A stretch of 58,649 nt of DNA from an uncultured Clostridia bacterium (GTDB lineage: Bacteria; Bacillota; Clostridia; TANB77; CAG-508), in the NCBI GenBank assembly GCA_944390525.1, contig CALXQH010000051.1, positions 1 through 58,649 of the forward strand, given 5' to 3'. A program made the translations under genes and the position numbers. Positions 22,044 through 30,678 of this stretch are shown here, one piece after another (the stretch's first letter is position 1; every line of letters begins with the position of its first letter). The notes under the pieces were generated by a model. It did no database searches and was not told where the DNA came from. It was given only the letters and a program-made list of their open reading frames with translations.

Positions 22044-22943
22044 TTATTTCAAATTTTTTAATGCTTCTATCCTATCTTCAGTAGAAGGGTGAGTAGACCA
22101 AACACTACTAGATTTTTTCTTATTTTTAGCACCTTTCTTAAATGGACTAACTATATACATATGTGCTGTAGAATTATTAGCTGTTTTTAATTGGTTAGAA
22201 TCTTCTTCTAATTTTTGAAGAGCAGATATTAATCCTTTAGGATTACGAGTAAGTTCAACAGCAGAAGCATCAGCTAAAAATTCTCTTCTTCTAGAAATAG
22301 CAAGTCTCATAAGTTCACCAAAAATAGGAGATAAAATAAGTGCTACTAGCCCTATTAACATTAAGATAGCATTTCCTTTATTATCATTATCTCTATCTCT
22401 ACCATGACTCCAAAACAACATTCTAGAAACTAAATCTGAAAGCATTACTACAAGACCAACCATAACTGTTACAATAGCAGACAAACAAATATCATAATTT
22501 TTAATATGAGAAAGCTCATGTGCTATTACGCCTTCTAATTCGTAATAATCTAATTTTTCAAGTAAGCCTGTTGTAACGCAAATAATTGAATTTTGAGGAT
22601 TTCTACCAGTAGCAAAAGCATTTGGTTGAGCATCTTCTACTATATATAGTCTTGGTTTAACGGTAAGACCAGAAGAAACCATTAATCCATCCAAAATATT
22701 TACAAGTTTTGCATTTTCTTCATGTGTAGCAGGCCTAGCTTTATTGAGTGATAAAATTATTTTATCACTATAATAATAAGAGCTCCAAGCAGAAATAATA
22801 GAAATCATAAGAGCAATTATAATAGAAACAGCGCCTAAATCAAAAGCCATACAAACATAATATACAATTAAAGTAATAACTAAAATAAAAGCACTAATAA
22901 TAAAAGCAGTTTTAATTTTATTTTTTTTAATATCTGAATACAT
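22044..22943 (-). CDS. htpX: M48 zinc metalloprotease HtpX
   Basis: PNAFATG, HELSH, SRRREFLADA and STHP motifs. Confidence 0.92.
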   Translation of the reverse strand: MYSDIKKNKIKTAFIISAFILVITLIVYYVCMAFDLGAVSIIIALMISIISAWSSYYYSDKIILSLNKARPATHEENAKLVNILDGLMVSSGLTVKPRLYIVEDAQPNAFATGRNPQNSIICVTTGLLEKLDYYELEGVIAHELSHIKNYDICLSAIVTVMVGLVVMLSDLVSRMLFWSHGRDRDNDNKGNAILMLIGLVALILSPIFGELMRLAISRRREFLADASAVELTRNPKGLISALQKLEEDSNQLKTANNSTAHMYIVSPFKKGAKNKKKSSSVWSTHPSTEDRIEALKNLK

Positions 22944-22966
22944 TTTAAATCCCTTACCTTATAGCA

Positions 22967-23521
22967 TTATTTGTTAAAATCAACTTTTACATTTTTTCTA
23001 ACTTCATCACTTTCAGCTTCAAATAAAGATTCTGGTGTAAAATGAAACATAGAAGCAATAAAATTAGAAGGGAATAATTCTAATTTTGTATTATATCTAG
23101 TAACACTGTCATTATAAAATTGTCTAGAATATGAAATTTTATTTTCAGTTCCTCTTAATTCTTCTTGAAGTTCAGAAAAATTTTGATTTGCTTTTAAATC
23201 AGGATAGTTTTCTGAAACTGCCATGATAGTTTTTAGTGCATTAGATAATTGATTGTCTAGATTAGCTTTTTCGCTTACAGATTCTGCTTTGGCCCAAGAA
23301 GTACGAAGTTGAGTGACTTTTTCCAAAGTTTCTTTTTCATGTGCCATATAACCTTTTACACATTCTATTAAATTTGGAATTAAGTCAAACCTTCTTTGTA
23401 ATTGTACATCAATTTGACTCCAAGCATTTTTTACACGTTGTTTAAGAGTTACTAAACTATTATAAATAAAAATAACAAAGATGAATAAAACAACAACAAT
23501 TCCCAATAAAATCCACAACAT
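22967..23521 (-). CDS. lemA: LemA family protein
   Basis: YNSLV...WSQIDVQLQRRFDLIPNL...ENYPDLKANQNF...RQFYN; ATG at 23521 follows the SD AAGGAGTG. Confidence 0.92.
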   Translation of the reverse strand: MLWILLGIVVVLFIFVIFIYNSLVTLKQRVKNAWSQIDVQLQRRFDLIPNLIECVKGYMAHEKETLEKVTQLRTSWAKAESVSEKANLDNQLSNALKTIMAVSENYPDLKANQNFSELQEELRGTENKISYSRQFYNDSVTRYNTKLELFPSNFIASMFHFTPESLFEAESDEVRKNVKVDFNK

Positions 23522-23696
23522 AAAATTCACTCCTTTTTATAATTATATATATTTATAATATCACATAGAAAAACAATATACAATAAAAAATCATAATTTT
23601 GTACAAGCTAGCATATAATATAGTATATTTTAAAATAAACAAAATATTACAAAAAGTGAAAAGGTTGTAACATTAAAGTTATAGTTTTACAAAAAT

Positions 23697-23725
23697 TTGA
23701 CAAGTTTTATAAAAAATGGTATAAT
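23697..23725 (+). promoter_or_regulatory. Consensus SigA promoter with extended -10
   Basis: TTGACA-17 bp-TATAAT, with TG one base upstream of the -10. Confidence 0.85.
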
Positions 23726-23760
23726 ATGATTGTTGCTTTTAAGGAGGGAACAAATTAAAT

Positions 23761-24762
23761 ATGAAAAATGATGATAAAGCATCAATATCGCTGAAAAAAA
23801 TAATATGTATTAGTATTCTATTTATTTTTATAATGGCAGCAGTAGTAACAGCTGGAAATATAAAAATAAATAATGTTAAAATAATCCTTGCTAGTGGATA
23901 TGAAATGAACATATTAACAAGCAAAAATAACATAAAAGAGATACTTGATGAAAATCATATAATATTATTAGAAGATGAAAAAGTAATACCAAGCTTAGAA
24001 TCTGAATTATCAGATAATAATACAATTAAAATTTTAAAAATAACAGAAGAAGAAATTGAAACACCAGAAGTTATAGAAACTTCTGAAAATATTAAAATTG
24101 AAGAATTATTAGAAAGTTATGACACAATTATAGAAAAAATTGTGGTAGAAGAAGTAAAAATACCATATGAAACAATTAAAAAAAATAAAGCTTCAGGTTC
24201 TGGAACAACTCAAGACCAAGTAGTACAATATGGAGTAGATGGGTTAAAAGAAATAACTTATAAAGTAAAATATCAAAATGAAAAGTTAATAGAAAAAAAA
24301 GAAATATCTTCAAAAATTATTCGTGAACCAGTAGACAAAATTGTAGAAGTAAGAAACAAACAAATAACATCAAGAGCAGGTACAACGGTTAGATATGGTG
24401 GTAAATGGACTTATTCAGAAGAAGAACTTGATTTATTATGTGCTATTACAGCACAAGAAGCTTGTTCAAGCTATAATGCAGCTTTAGCCGTTATTACTTG
24501 TGCAGCTAACAGAGCGGAAAGTAAAAAGTGGAGTTACAATGGTACAGATCCATTAAGTCAATATAAAGCACCAGGACAGTTTTGCTACTCTATTGATAAT
24601 TATTGGAAAAAAAGATTAAATGGAAACTACCCATCATATGTAAAACAAGCTGTAATAGATGCCTTAAATGGAAAAAGAAATCACAATTATCTATCATTTA
24701 GATCAGCTGGTTATGCAAGTGGTGTAAATATAGGTGGTAACGTATATTTTAATGAAATGTAA
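23761..24762 (+). CDS. YabE-like protein: TM, ubiquitin-like DUF348-type segment, G5 domain and SleB/Hydrolase_2-type cell-wall hydrolase domain
   Basis: G5 signature IPYETI...VVQYGVDG...YKVKY...IREPVDKIVEV; C-terminus LLCAITAQEA...AVITCAANR...APGQF...AVIDALNG...IGGNVYF. Confidence 0.75.
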   Translation: MKNDDKASISLKKIICISILFIFIMAAVVTAGNIKINNVKIILASGYEMNILTSKNNIKEILDENHIILLEDEKVIPSLESELSDNNTIKILKITEEEIETPEVIETSENIKIEELLESYDTIIEKIVVEEVKIPYETIKKNKASGSGTTQDQVVQYGVDGLKEITYKVKYQNEKLIEKKEISSKIIREPVDKIVEVRNKQITSRAGTTVRYGGKWTYSEEELDLLCAITAQEACSSYNAALAVITCAANRAESKKWSYNGTDPLSQYKAPGQFCYSIDNYWKKRLNGNYPSYVKQAVIDALNGKRNHNYLSFRSAGYASGVNIGGNVYFNEM

Positions 24763-24778
24763 TTTAATAACAAGCAAC

Positions 24779-24809
24779 AAAACGAACTTTATTTTAAAAA
24801 GTTCGTTTT
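24779..24809 (+). terminator. Intrinsic terminator
   Basis: AAAACGAACTTT...AAAGTTCGTTTT. Confidence 0.7.
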
Positions 24810-24909
24810 ATTCTTTTATATGAAAATAGATTTAGTTATTAATATAAATCTTGAAATTATATAGATTTTATGCTATATTATTAATAAAATTTAAGAAAGA
24901 GAGTAAATT

Positions 24910-25671
24910 ATGAAATTAATTTCATGGAATGTAAATGGATTAAGAGCAGCTGTAAAAAAAGGTTTTAAAGAATTTTTTAACCAAATAGATGCAGATATAT
25001 TTTGCATACAAGAAACAAAAATGCAACTAGAACAAATAGATATAGAAATTCAAAATATGTTAAAAGGATACTATTGCTATTGGAATAGCGCTATAAAAAA
25101 AGGCTATTCTGGAACAGCAGTATTTACTAAAAAAGAACCTATAAATGTTACATATGGAATTGGAAAGGAAGAACATGATCAAGAAGGAAGAGTAATAACA
25201 TTAGAGTATAAAGAATTTTATTTAGTAAATTGTTATACTCCAAACTCAAAAAGAGAATTGGAAAGATTAGAATATAGAATGGTTTGGGAAGATGAAATAA
25301 GGAAGTATCTATTAAAATTAAATAAAATAAAACCAGTAGTACTATGCGGAGACTTAAATGTAGCACATAAAGAGATAGATTTAAAAAATCCACAAAGCAA
25401 TAAACATAATGCAGGATTTACAAATGAAGAAAGAGAAAAAATAGAACTATTATTAAATGCTGGCTTTACTGATAGTTTTCGTTACTTGTATCCTACAAAA
25501 GAAAATTGTTACACATGGTGGTCATATATGTTTAACGCAAGAAAAAATAATGCAGGCTGGAGAATAGACTATTTTATAGTATCAAAGTCTATTGAACAAA
25601 AAATAAAGGAAGCTATAATATATTCAGATATTATGGGAAGTGACCACTGCCCAATAGGTTTATATATTTAA
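24910..25671 (+). CDS. xth: Exodeoxyribonuclease III / AP endonuclease
   Basis: SWNVNG, QETK, GYSG, GDLNVAH, WRIDY and SDHCP motifs. Confidence 0.95.
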   Translation: MKLISWNVNGLRAAVKKGFKEFFNQIDADIFCIQETKMQLEQIDIEIQNMLKGYYCYWNSAIKKGYSGTAVFTKKEPINVTYGIGKEEHDQEGRVITLEYKEFYLVNCYTPNSKRELERLEYRMVWEDEIRKYLLKLNKIKPVVLCGDLNVAHKEIDLKNPQSNKHNAGFTNEEREKIELLLNAGFTDSFRYLYPTKENCYTWWSYMFNARKNNAGWRIDYFIVSKSIEQKIKEAIIYSDIMGSDHCPIGLYI

Positions 25672-25706
25672 GTATTATGAAAATAAAATTAATATAGGAG
25701 TTTGTT

Positions 25707-26828
25707 ATGGAAGAAAAGAAAAAGAGTTTTAATTGGCTTTATTGGTTTAGTTTAGCGATAGCCATTATAGTAGTATATAAATTGTTAGATAACTTTGCAC
25801 AAATAACTAATTGGATTGGTGAATTATTTGATATTTTAATGCCATTTGTAATAGGATTGCTTATTGCATATTTGTTTTATATTCCTTGTAAAAATGTAGA
25901 AAAAATATACAAAAAATCCAAAAAAATAAAATTAATATCTAAAAAGGCAAGAGTATTGTCAGTAATTACTGTATATATTATTACAATACTATTAATTATT
26001 TTAATATTAAATTTTGTAATACCAACAATATCAAAAAGTATAGCAGATTTTATAAATAATTTTGGAAATTATTATAGTAATACTGTAAACGCAATAAATG
26101 ATTTACCTGAAGACTCAATACTAAGAAATGAAATTATTATAAATGCAATAAAAGCAATTAGCGAAATTGATTTAAAACAATATTTAAATATTGAAAATTT
26201 AACACAATATGCAAAAGAAGCAATAAATATTGTTAATAGCATATTTGATATATTTGTTTCATTAATTGTTTCAGTATATTTATTAGTGGAAAGAACTAGA
26301 ATATTAAACTTTTTAAAAAAATTTACAGCAGCAGTATTTAAAAAAGATACTTACAAAATTTTGGGAAGATATTTTAATAAGTCAAATGAAGTATTTTTCA
26401 AATTTATTTCTAGTCAAGTATTAGATGCAATAGTAGTTGGAATATTAACTTCTGTTGCTATGTCAATAATAGGGGTAAGATATGCTGTATTGTTAGGATT
26501 TATGATAGGATTATTTAATTTAATACCATATTTTGGTGCTATAATTGCAGTAATTGCAGCTATAATTATTACAATATTTACTGGCGGTTTAGGTCAGGCA
26601 ATAGTAATGGCGATAGTAGTTACAATCATTCAACAAATTGATGCAAATATTATAAATCCAAAAATTACAGGAAACTCATTATCTATAAGTCCATTATTAG
26701 TAATTTTTGCAGTAACACTTGGTGGAGCATATTTTGGAATATTAGGAATGTTTTTAGCAGTTCCAGTATTTACGGTTATTAAGCTATTAATAGAGGAGAC
26801 TATAGAATATAAACAAAATAGAGAATAA
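25707..26828 (+). CDS. AI-2E family transporter
   Basis: Multi-TM; NLIPYFG, QQIDANIINPKI and GILGMFLAVP motifs. Confidence 0.9.
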   Translation: MEEKKKSFNWLYWFSLAIAIIVVYKLLDNFAQITNWIGELFDILMPFVIGLLIAYLFYIPCKNVEKIYKKSKKIKLISKKARVLSVITVYIITILLIILILNFVIPTISKSIADFINNFGNYYSNTVNAINDLPEDSILRNEIIINAIKAISEIDLKQYLNIENLTQYAKEAINIVNSIFDIFVSLIVSVYLLVERTRILNFLKKFTAAVFKKDTYKILGRYFNKSNEVFFKFISSQVLDAIVVGILTSVAMSIIGVRYAVLLGFMIGLFNLIPYFGAIIAVIAAIIITIFTGGLGQAIVMAIVVTIIQQIDANIINPKITGNSLSISPLLVIFAVTLGGAYFGILGMFLAVPVFTVIKLLIEETIEYKQNRE

Positions 26829-26863
26829 AAAATAAACTGATAAATTACTATCAGTTTATTTTT
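26828..26863. terminator. Bidirectional terminator
   Basis: AAAAATAAACTGATA...TATCAGTTTATTTTT between convergent genes. Confidence 0.8.
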
Positions 26864-26864
26864 A

Positions 26865-27353
26865 TTAAAAATGACTAAAAATATATTGAATTCCTCCATT
26901 AGCTATAGCTGTGATAGTAAGAACGATAATACCTGCCGTAAGTACTCCAGCCACAATAGGAGGAATTGCCTTTTTTGGTGGTAAATTTAAAAAATTTGCA
27001 ATAAGAGAACCTACCCAAGCACCAGTACCGGGTAAAGGAACTGCAACAAAAAGAAATAATCCAAGTGCGGTAAAATTTTGCAATTTTTCACTTTCTTTGA
27101 TTTTATTAGTAGCTCTATTAGTAGCCCAATCAATTACAATTTTAAAAGGCTTCCATCTTCCAAAAAAATCAAATAAAGGACGAATAAATTTAACAATAAA
27201 ATAAACAGGAACAATATTACCTAAAAAACTAAATATAAAGGCTTCAAAATAGGAAAGCCCCATTCCAACTCCTATAGGTATAGCACCTCTTAGTTCTATA
27301 ATAGGAACCATTCCCACTAAAAACGTAATTAAATATTTAAAAAAAACTGACAT
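26865..27353 (-). CDS. Putative small multidrug export family membrane protein (COG2426-like)
   Basis: PIIELRGAIP and FVAVPLPGTGAW motifs. Confidence 0.85.
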   Translation of the reverse strand: MSVFFKYLITFLVGMVPIIELRGAIPIGVGMGLSYFEAFIFSFLGNIVPVYFIVKFIRPLFDFFGRWKPFKIVIDWATNRATNKIKESEKLQNFTALGLFLFVAVPLPGTGAWVGSLIANFLNLPPKKAIPPIVAGVLTAGIIVLTITAIANGGIQYIFSHF

Positions 27354-27726
27354 AATAATATATAAACTAATTATACAAAAATTAGTTATTACTCCTTTCT
27401 AAAGAAAAATATAATATTAGTAATTTTACTATATCAAAAACAATTTGTCTACAAAAATAAATAAAATATTTGCGTAAAGTTTAAAAATTTTGTAATAGTA
27501 AAATTAGGTTACATAATTAGAAAAAACTTACAACTCAGTAATAATCTGGGAATATTACAAATTTGTAATTAAATCTTAATAATTCACAAAAAAAGACAGG
27601 AATCTCCTTTATCCCTAAGCTAGTTTCTTGTAAAATATAGATATACCAACTATTGCATAGATTGTAAATATAATATTTTTTTGTTAAAATATAAGTATAA
27701 AATAATTTAAAGAAGGAGAAAATGTC

Positions 27727-29421
27727 ATGTGCCAAAAAAAGAGAAAAATATTTAAAAAACTTTTTATAATGATATTATTTCAATTATTACTATTAATTAT
27801 TACCTTATTATTTAATAATAATACAATAAAAGCAGCAACAGAAACTAAGTATTATATAAATAATGAGCAGGAATTAAAAGAATTTGCTGAAGATGTAAAT
27901 AATGGTAATACATATGAAGGATCAATTGTATATTTAACAAAGGATATAAAATTAACTTGCAATGAAACAAATCAATGGATACCAATAGGAAGTTGTAATG
28001 TAGACAATGGAAATTTCGCTCAAAATACTGCAGACAAAAAAGTATTTGCAGGTATTTTTGATGGAAAAGGATATACAATAAGTGGCATTTATATAGATTC
28101 AAATCAAAATTATGTAGGTTTATTTGGATATAATGAAGGTACTATAAAAAATTTAAAATTAAAAGATTCTACAATAAAATCTAGTAAGAATTATGTAGGA
28201 GGAATTGTAGCATATAACACAGGTACAATGATAAACTGCCATAATTATGCAAATATTATAAGTAATAGTTCAAATGGAGTAAGTGGTGGAGTATCAGCAT
28301 ATTCTATAGAAGCTAATTTAATAGATTGTAGTAATAAAGGAAAAATCCAAGGTGAAAATGGATTTATTGCAGGAGTAACTGGTTATGCTAAAGCAACAAA
28401 AATAGAAAATTGTTATAATATAGGAGAAATAAAAACTAATGCATATGCTGCATCAGGAATATGTGGATTAAGCCAAAATTCTTGGATATATAATTGCTAT
28501 AATAAAGGAGAAGTTACAGCAATTAATTATGTTGGCGGAATAGTTGCACAATCTTTAGAATATTCAAGTATATTAAATAGTTATAACTTAGGAAAAGTAG
28601 AAAATATAATTAAAGACACAAACCAAAAAGATGAAGCTTATGTAGGAGGAATTGTAGCATATTCTGGACTTGAAGACCAAAGTAATAGTAAAATAATAAA
28701 CTGCTATAATATGGGAGAAATAACTACTAATAGTACTGCATATAAAGGAAATGTATCAGCAAAACATGATTTAGGTATAATAGACAATTGCTATTACGAG
28801 AAAAATTCAATTGGAGCAATAGGGCAAAATAATAATACAGCCAAAACAACTAATCTTGTAGAATTAGAAAAAGATAAAATAAAAGAAGAAGACACAATAT
28901 CTAAATTAAATAAAGGGCAACAAGTATATTATTATGATGATCAAGTAATTAATAAAGGATACCCAATATTAGATAATCAACATAGAGTATTATTACAACC
29001 TAATGGAACAGATTCTAATGTTATAGTAAAAGATTCTGTAAGATATTTAAAAGATATTACACCACCTAGTTCTTTAGCAAAAGCTTTAACTGATGTTGAA
29101 ACAGAAGCTAATATTAAAGTAAATGACATAAAAATTGAAACAATAGATATAAATGACAAAATAACAACAGGAATGAAAATAACAACATATTTAAACGACG
29201 AGCAAGTAGAATATGTAGTAGTAGTAACAGGAGATCTACTAGGAGATGGAATAATGGACGATGCTGATTTACTAAAATTAGCAAGATATAAAGTTGGATT
29301 AGATACAAACTTAGAAGGAGCATTCTTAATGGCTACAGACGTAACTAGAAATAATATTCTTTCAGAAGATGCTGATTTATTAAAAATGGTAAGAATTTTA
29401 GTTGAAAAAGATAAATTTTAG
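27727..29421 (+). CDS. Secreted GLUG-repeat protein with a C-terminal dockerin-like domain
   Basis: SD AAGGAG; signal peptide; WIPIG...FDGKGYTISG...GLFG; repeated VGGIV/NCYNxG; duplicated Ca-loop GDLLGDGIMDDADL / TDVTRNNILSEDADL. Confidence 0.8.
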   Translation: MCQKKRKIFKKLFIMILFQLLLLIITLLFNNNTIKAATETKYYINNEQELKEFAEDVNNGNTYEGSIVYLTKDIKLTCNETNQWIPIGSCNVDNGNFAQNTADKKVFAGIFDGKGYTISGIYIDSNQNYVGLFGYNEGTIKNLKLKDSTIKSSKNYVGGIVAYNTGTMINCHNYANIISNSSNGVSGGVSAYSIEANLIDCSNKGKIQGENGFIAGVTGYAKATKIENCYNIGEIKTNAYAASGICGLSQNSWIYNCYNKGEVTAINYVGGIVAQSLEYSSILNSYNLGKVENIIKDTNQKDEAYVGGIVAYSGLEDQSNSKIINCYNMGEITTNSTAYKGNVSAKHDLGIIDNCYYEKNSIGAIGQNNNTAKTTNLVELEKDKIKEEDTISKLNKGQQVYYYDDQVINKGYPILDNQHRVLLQPNGTDSNVIVKDSVRYLKDITPPSSLAKALTDVETEANIKVNDIKIETIDINDKITTGMKITTYLNDEQVEYVVVVTGDLLGDGIMDDADLLKLARYKVGLDTNLEGAFLMATDVTRNNILSEDADLLKMVRILVEKDKF

Positions 29422-29473
29422 TGTATAATATATTATATATAAAAGAATAATATAATAAATAAAGGAGAAAAAA

Positions 29474-30190
29474 ATGAAAAGAATAAAAACGATTATAACT
29501 ATAATGTTAATATGCTTACTATTTGGAACAACAATTGCATTAGCTGTTACCGGAACAGTATTAATCAATGGAGATTCAAAAGTAAAACCAGGAGAAGAAA
29601 AAAGTTTAAAAATAAAAATATCTTCAGATGAGCTTGTAGGAGTATTAAGTGGAAAAATAGAAACTAGCAGCAATATGGAAAACGTAACAATAACAGCATT
29701 AAATGGATGGAACTTAACACATAACCCTCAAACTGGTGCTTTTAACATATATAAAGCTGAAGGCTCAAAGTCAGAAGAAATAATAGAAATAAAATATACA
29801 GCTTCAAAAACAGAAGGAACAGCGAAAATAACTCTAAGTGAGCTAAACCTTACAACAACAAATTATGAAACAATACAATATCAAGATGTAGTAAAAAATA
29901 TAACAATAGCGAATGAAGATAATCAAAATAATAATGAAGAAAATAACGAAGAACAAAATAACCAAGTAAATAATGATGTACCAGAATTAAATATTATAGG
30001 AAATGAAGAAAACAATCAAACAAATAATACACAAAATAATCAAATTGGAAATAATACTGACAACACTACATCTGATGAAAAAATTCCACAAACAGGAGAG
30101 GATAATTATATATTAATTTCAATAGCTGCAATAGTTATATTATCAGTAATCTTCTATATTAAATATATGCAATACAGAAAAAATGTATAA
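29474..30190 (+). CDS. Sortase-anchored cohesin-like protein
   Basis: Signal peptide, ~125-aa beta-rich domain (VKPGEE...), Asn/Gln/Glu linker, IPQTG + TM + RK tail. Confidence 0.7.
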   Translation: MKRIKTIITIMLICLLFGTTIALAVTGTVLINGDSKVKPGEEKSLKIKISSDELVGVLSGKIETSSNMENVTITALNGWNLTHNPQTGAFNIYKAEGSKSEEIIEIKYTASKTEGTAKITLSELNLTTTNYETIQYQDVVKNITIANEDNQNNNEENNEEQNNQVNNDVPELNIIGNEENNQTNNTQNNQIGNNTDNTTSDEKIPQTGEDNYILISIAAIVILSVIFYIKYMQYRKNV

Positions 30191-30209
30191 AATTTAAATA
30201 CGATATTAT

Positions 30210-30252
30210 AAAAATCAAAATATTAAATAATAAATTTAGTATTTTGATTTTT
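30210..30252 (+). terminator. AT-rich hairpin, probable terminator
   Basis: AAAAATCAAAATATTAAAT...ATTTAGTATTTTGATTTTT. Confidence 0.6.
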
Positions 30253-30332
30253 AAATTTAATACAGATAATATTAGATTTAACTAAAAATGTAATTAAAAC
30301 GTATTTTTAAGTAAAAAATATTACAAAAAATA

Positions 30333-30362
30333 TTGACATATGGACGAGGCTGATGTTATACT
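30333..30362 (+). promoter_or_regulatory. SigA promoter of rpoBC
   Basis: TTGACA-18 bp-TATACT with TGn extension. Confidence 0.7.
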
Positions 30363-30678
30363 ATAATAGATATGTTTTAATTAAAAATGTATTAATCTCC
30401 GTTTAAGGTGCATGGAATGGTTAATATAAATAATAATATTAAATAAATAACAATAAAAACAGTTGGCAAAATAAAATGCCAACCGTATTTTTGTTGTTAT
30501 TTTGTCATAGTTATGTTAATTTAATAAAAAGAAGAATTGCAATATAATTCTTTACGGATAGGGTATTTAGAGAGCAGGAAATATGCCAATTAGTAAATTA
30601 ATTATAGAAGCAAGAAGAACTTTTTATTAAAGTCATATATTTTAAATTCTGCTTAATAATTTTTTAGGGGTGATTTTT

